From the NCBI GenBank assembly GCA_965215885.1, contig CBDCEW010000096.1:65401-129400 (forward strand): DNA of 64,000 bases. The letters are read 5' to 3'. The notes beneath the pieces were generated by a model. That model saw only the letters and a list, made by a program, of their open reading frames with translations. It did no database searches and had not been told where the DNA came from. Both the position numbers and the translations under genes were made by a program. This DNA is from Candidatus Moanibacter sp. Its GTDB lineage: Bacteria > Verrucomicrobiota > Verrucomicrobiia > Opitutales > UBA2987. Of the stretch, positions 60,682-64,000 are shown one piece after another (position 1 is the stretch's first letter; each line of letters opens with the position of its first letter).

Positions 60682-60931
60682 CTAACCCGGAAATCTCACA
60701 AGATTTCCGGGTCAACAGCGAAACCGCATTGTAACTATTTGAGAGTGAGAAGGATGAATAGACAACTTACTTTTCTTAATCTTATCTGGAATGAGGCACA
60801 GTGTCGTTTTCGAATTCTGTTGTACTTTCCTCAATTGAGTCTAACCTCCTCAATATCCGACTCTTTGAATGGCGGTTTCGCAAACAGTCCGGAATTCTTT
60901 GAGAATTCCAAAAGGGACTAAGGTTAGGACA

Positions 60932-63900
60932 ATGCCCAAACGCACAGACATCGAATCAATCCTGATAATTGGGGCCGGACCGATTGTCATCGGCCAGGCC
61001 TGTGAATTTGACTATTCGGCTTCACCCTATTTGAACACAGGCCTGCAAGGCTTTGCGGAACGAGGGATATCGAATTATTCTGATCAATTCGAATCCAGCG
61101 ACGATCATGACCGACCCGGAACTCGCGGATTCGACCTACGTCGAACCGATTAAGCCCGAGGTTGTAGCGAAAATATTGGAACGGGAGCGGCCGCATGCGA
61201 TCCTGCCTACGATGGGCGGGCAGACGGGCCTGAACACCGCGCTGGAATTGCACCGCGATGGCACCCTGGAGGCTCTGGGGGTGGAGTTGATCGGCGCACG
61301 AGCGGAGGCCATCGAGAAGGCCGAAGACCGTGAGCTTTTTCGCGACTCTATGGAGCGAATTGGTCTGCAGTGCCCCAAGAGCGGGCTTGTCACTTCGCTA
61401 TCGGAAGCCCGCCAATTTATCGGAACGATCGGCCTGCCGGCGATTGTCCGCCCGAGTTTTACGCTGGGCGGCACCGGTAGCGGAATCGCTTTCCAACAAC
61501 ACGAATTTGACGAAATTGTATTGAAAGGCCTCGCGGCGAGTCCCGTCGGTAGTGTCCTCGTCGAAGAATCCGTTCTCGGCTGGAAAGAGTACGAACTGGA
61601 AGCGGTCAGGGACAACGCGGACAACTGTATTATCGTCTGCTCCATCGAGAATATTGACCCCATGGGTGTGCATACGGGGGATAGCATTACGGTGGCCCCG
61701 GCGCTGACACTAACAGACAAGGAATACCAGATTCTGCGTAACGCCAGCATAGCGGTTCTTCGCGAAATCGGGGTGGACACGGGCGGATCGAATGTTCAAT
61801 TCGCCGTACATCCCGAGGACGGCCGGGTGATGGTAATCGAAATGAATCCCAGGGTCAGCCGGTCCTCGGCCCTCGCGTCCAAGGCCACAGGCTTTCCGAT
61901 CGCCAAGGTGGCGGCGCTCCTTGCGGTGGGATACACCCTCGACGAACTGCAGAATGAAATCACCGGGGTCACGCCCGCGAGTTTTGAACCGACGATCGAC
62001 TACGTGGTAACGAAAATGCCCCGTTTCGCGTTCGAAAAGTTCCCGATGACCGAAGCGAATCTGACGACTTCGATGAAATCGGTTGGGGAAGCGATGAGCA
62101 TCGGCCGAAACTTTCACGAATCTTTTCAGAAAGCGCTGCGCTCCATGGAGATCGGACTGACCGGATTAAACGAGGCGGAAATTCCAGGAGCTCCGGACCG
62201 CAAGGCCGTGATCAAGGCCCTTTCTCCCTCCAGGCCGGATCGGCCGCTCCTCATTGCCCAGGCGATCCGGCACGGTATTGGCATCGAGGAAATTCAAGAG
62301 GTGTGCAAATACGACCGCTGGTTTCTAGAACGCATCGAGGAAATCGTGCACATGGAATCCACCTTAAGAAAGGATGGCTTACCCGGGGACGCATACGCTC
62401 TTGCGAGGGTGAAGATGATGGGATTTTCCGATTCACGGCTGGCCGAAATTACGGGAACCGATGAGTTGTCGGTATCGCGCCTGCGCGAGAAGCTCGGGGT
62501 GCGCCCGGTATTTAAGAGGGTGGACACCTGCGCGGCCGAATTTCCTTCTCTCACTCCGTATATGTACTCGACCTACGAAGGAGTGGGGACCGGCACAGGT
62601 GGGGCCTGCGAAGCGGCGCCCTCGGCGCGGGAAAAGGTGATCATTCTCGGGGGAGGGCCGAACCGTATCGGCCAGGGGATCGAATTTGACTATTGCTGTG
62701 TGCACGCCGTCTATGCGCTTCGCGAAGCCGGTTACGAAACAATCATGGTGAACTGTAATCCGGAAACCGTCTCAACGGATTACGACACATCAGACCGGCT
62801 CTACTTTGAACCGCTCACCGAGGAAGACGTGCTTGAAATCGTCCACCGGGAAAAGGCGGAGGGAAAATTGCTTGGGGTGATCGTCCAGTTCGGAGGACAA
62901 ACTCCCCTCAAGCTAGTTAAGCGGCTCGAAGAGGCGGAAATTCCGATCCTCGGAACGAGCCCCGATGCCATCGACCTCGCTGAGGACCGCGAACGCTTTC
63001 AGGCCCTCCTCAACAGATTGGGACTCAAGCAACCACCCAGCGGGATCGCCTACTCCGTCGAGGAAGCGATCCGGGAGACCAGGCGGCTCGGGTTTCCGGT
63101 CCTTGTCCGGCCTTCCTATGTGCTCGGCGGAAGCGCCATGGCGATCGTTCACGACCACGCCTCGATGCTCCATTTCGTGGAAAAAGCGGTCCGGGTAGCC
63201 GGTGAGAACCCCGTATTGATCGACACCTACCTGCAGGATGCGATTGAGGTTGACGTCGATGCCCTCTGCGACAGTGAGGAGCAGGTCTATATCGCTGGTG
63301 TGATGGAGCACATCGAGGAAGCCGGGGTGCATTCGGGGGACAGCGCCTGTTCGCTGCCGCCCCGTTCGCTTGACGCGGAAATCGTCGGACAGATTGAAGA
63401 GCAGACCGTGATGCTGGCGAGGGCATTGGGAGTACGGGGTCTGATGAATGTCCAATTCGCGGTAAAGGGCCGGGAGATTTTCGTTTTGGAGGTCAACCCG
63501 AGAGCGAGCCGGACAGTTCCCTTTGTCGCCAAGGCGACGGGAGTAGCGATTGCGAAGATCGCTTCAAAAGTGATGGTCGGGGGAAAGCTTGCCGATTTCG
63601 GGTTGGCGGAACGTGCGGACGAGATGCCCTATGTCGCGGTGAAAGAAGCGGTCTTCCCATTCAACCGTTTTCCCGATGTCGATATCCTCCTTGGGCCCGA
63701 GATGCGATCGACCGGAGAGGCGATGGGCATCGATCGCGATTTTGCCATGGCCTTCGCCAAAAGCCAATTGGGCGCCGGCGTGAAACTGCCTTTTGAGGGG
63801 GCGCGCCTTCATCTCCCTACGCGATCGTGACAAAGCAAAAATCGTGACCGTGGCGCGAAAACTGGCGCAAATGGGGTTCCAACTGGTGGGGACCCGTGGA

Positions 63901-64000
63901 ACGGCCGCCCATCTCAGGGAGGCGGGCATCGCCACGGAAACCATTAACAAAGTGATGGAGGGGCCTCCCCATATCGTTGAATCCATGATGAACGGGGAGA
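60932..64000 (+). CDS. carB: Carbamoyl-phosphate synthase large subunit (runs off the window); frameshifts near 61021-61033 and 63800
   Basis: [72 protein letters not shown]. Confidence 0.97.

Noticed and set aside
59480..61040. Programmed frameshifting in carA/carB
   Set aside because: The disruptions are 13-14 bp insertions, not slippery sites, and are more consistent with sequence error.

Overview
Bacterial window, GC-rich overall. The many sulfatases and the repeat types suggest a PVC-group or similar environmental organism (inference). It has five blocks. (1) 1-24.7 kb: catabolic/accessory genes (4 sulfatases, 5 PhyH-family dioxygenases, 2 Gfo/Idh/MocA, MDR and D-2-hydroxyacid dehydrogenases, BKACE), a DUF4338-ISAs1 insertion in an MDR gene, and an AbiE locus whose toxin is internally deleted. 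(2) 25-29.9 kb: two nested IS elements. (3) 30-58 kb: a one-carbon cluster (gcvP, a GcvT-SHMT fusion, gcvH, fhs, mgdABCD-like genes, gmaS-like glnT). (4) Inside that cluster, 36.3-47.7 kb is an island of short genes with degenerate integron-cassette (attC-like) borders and two copies of a structured ~165 bp element resembling an IS110 non-coding end with no recombinase. (5) 58-64 kb: gpt, carA, carB. Intergenic DNA holds several small repeat/MITE families. One has inverted ends that enclose either a decayed GxxExxY gene or a REP doublet; another forms a 122 bp tandem array. Frameshifts and garbled local duplications in housekeeping genes suggest assembly errors, so pseudogene calls are provisional. 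No rRNA, tRNA or CRISPR array was recognised.
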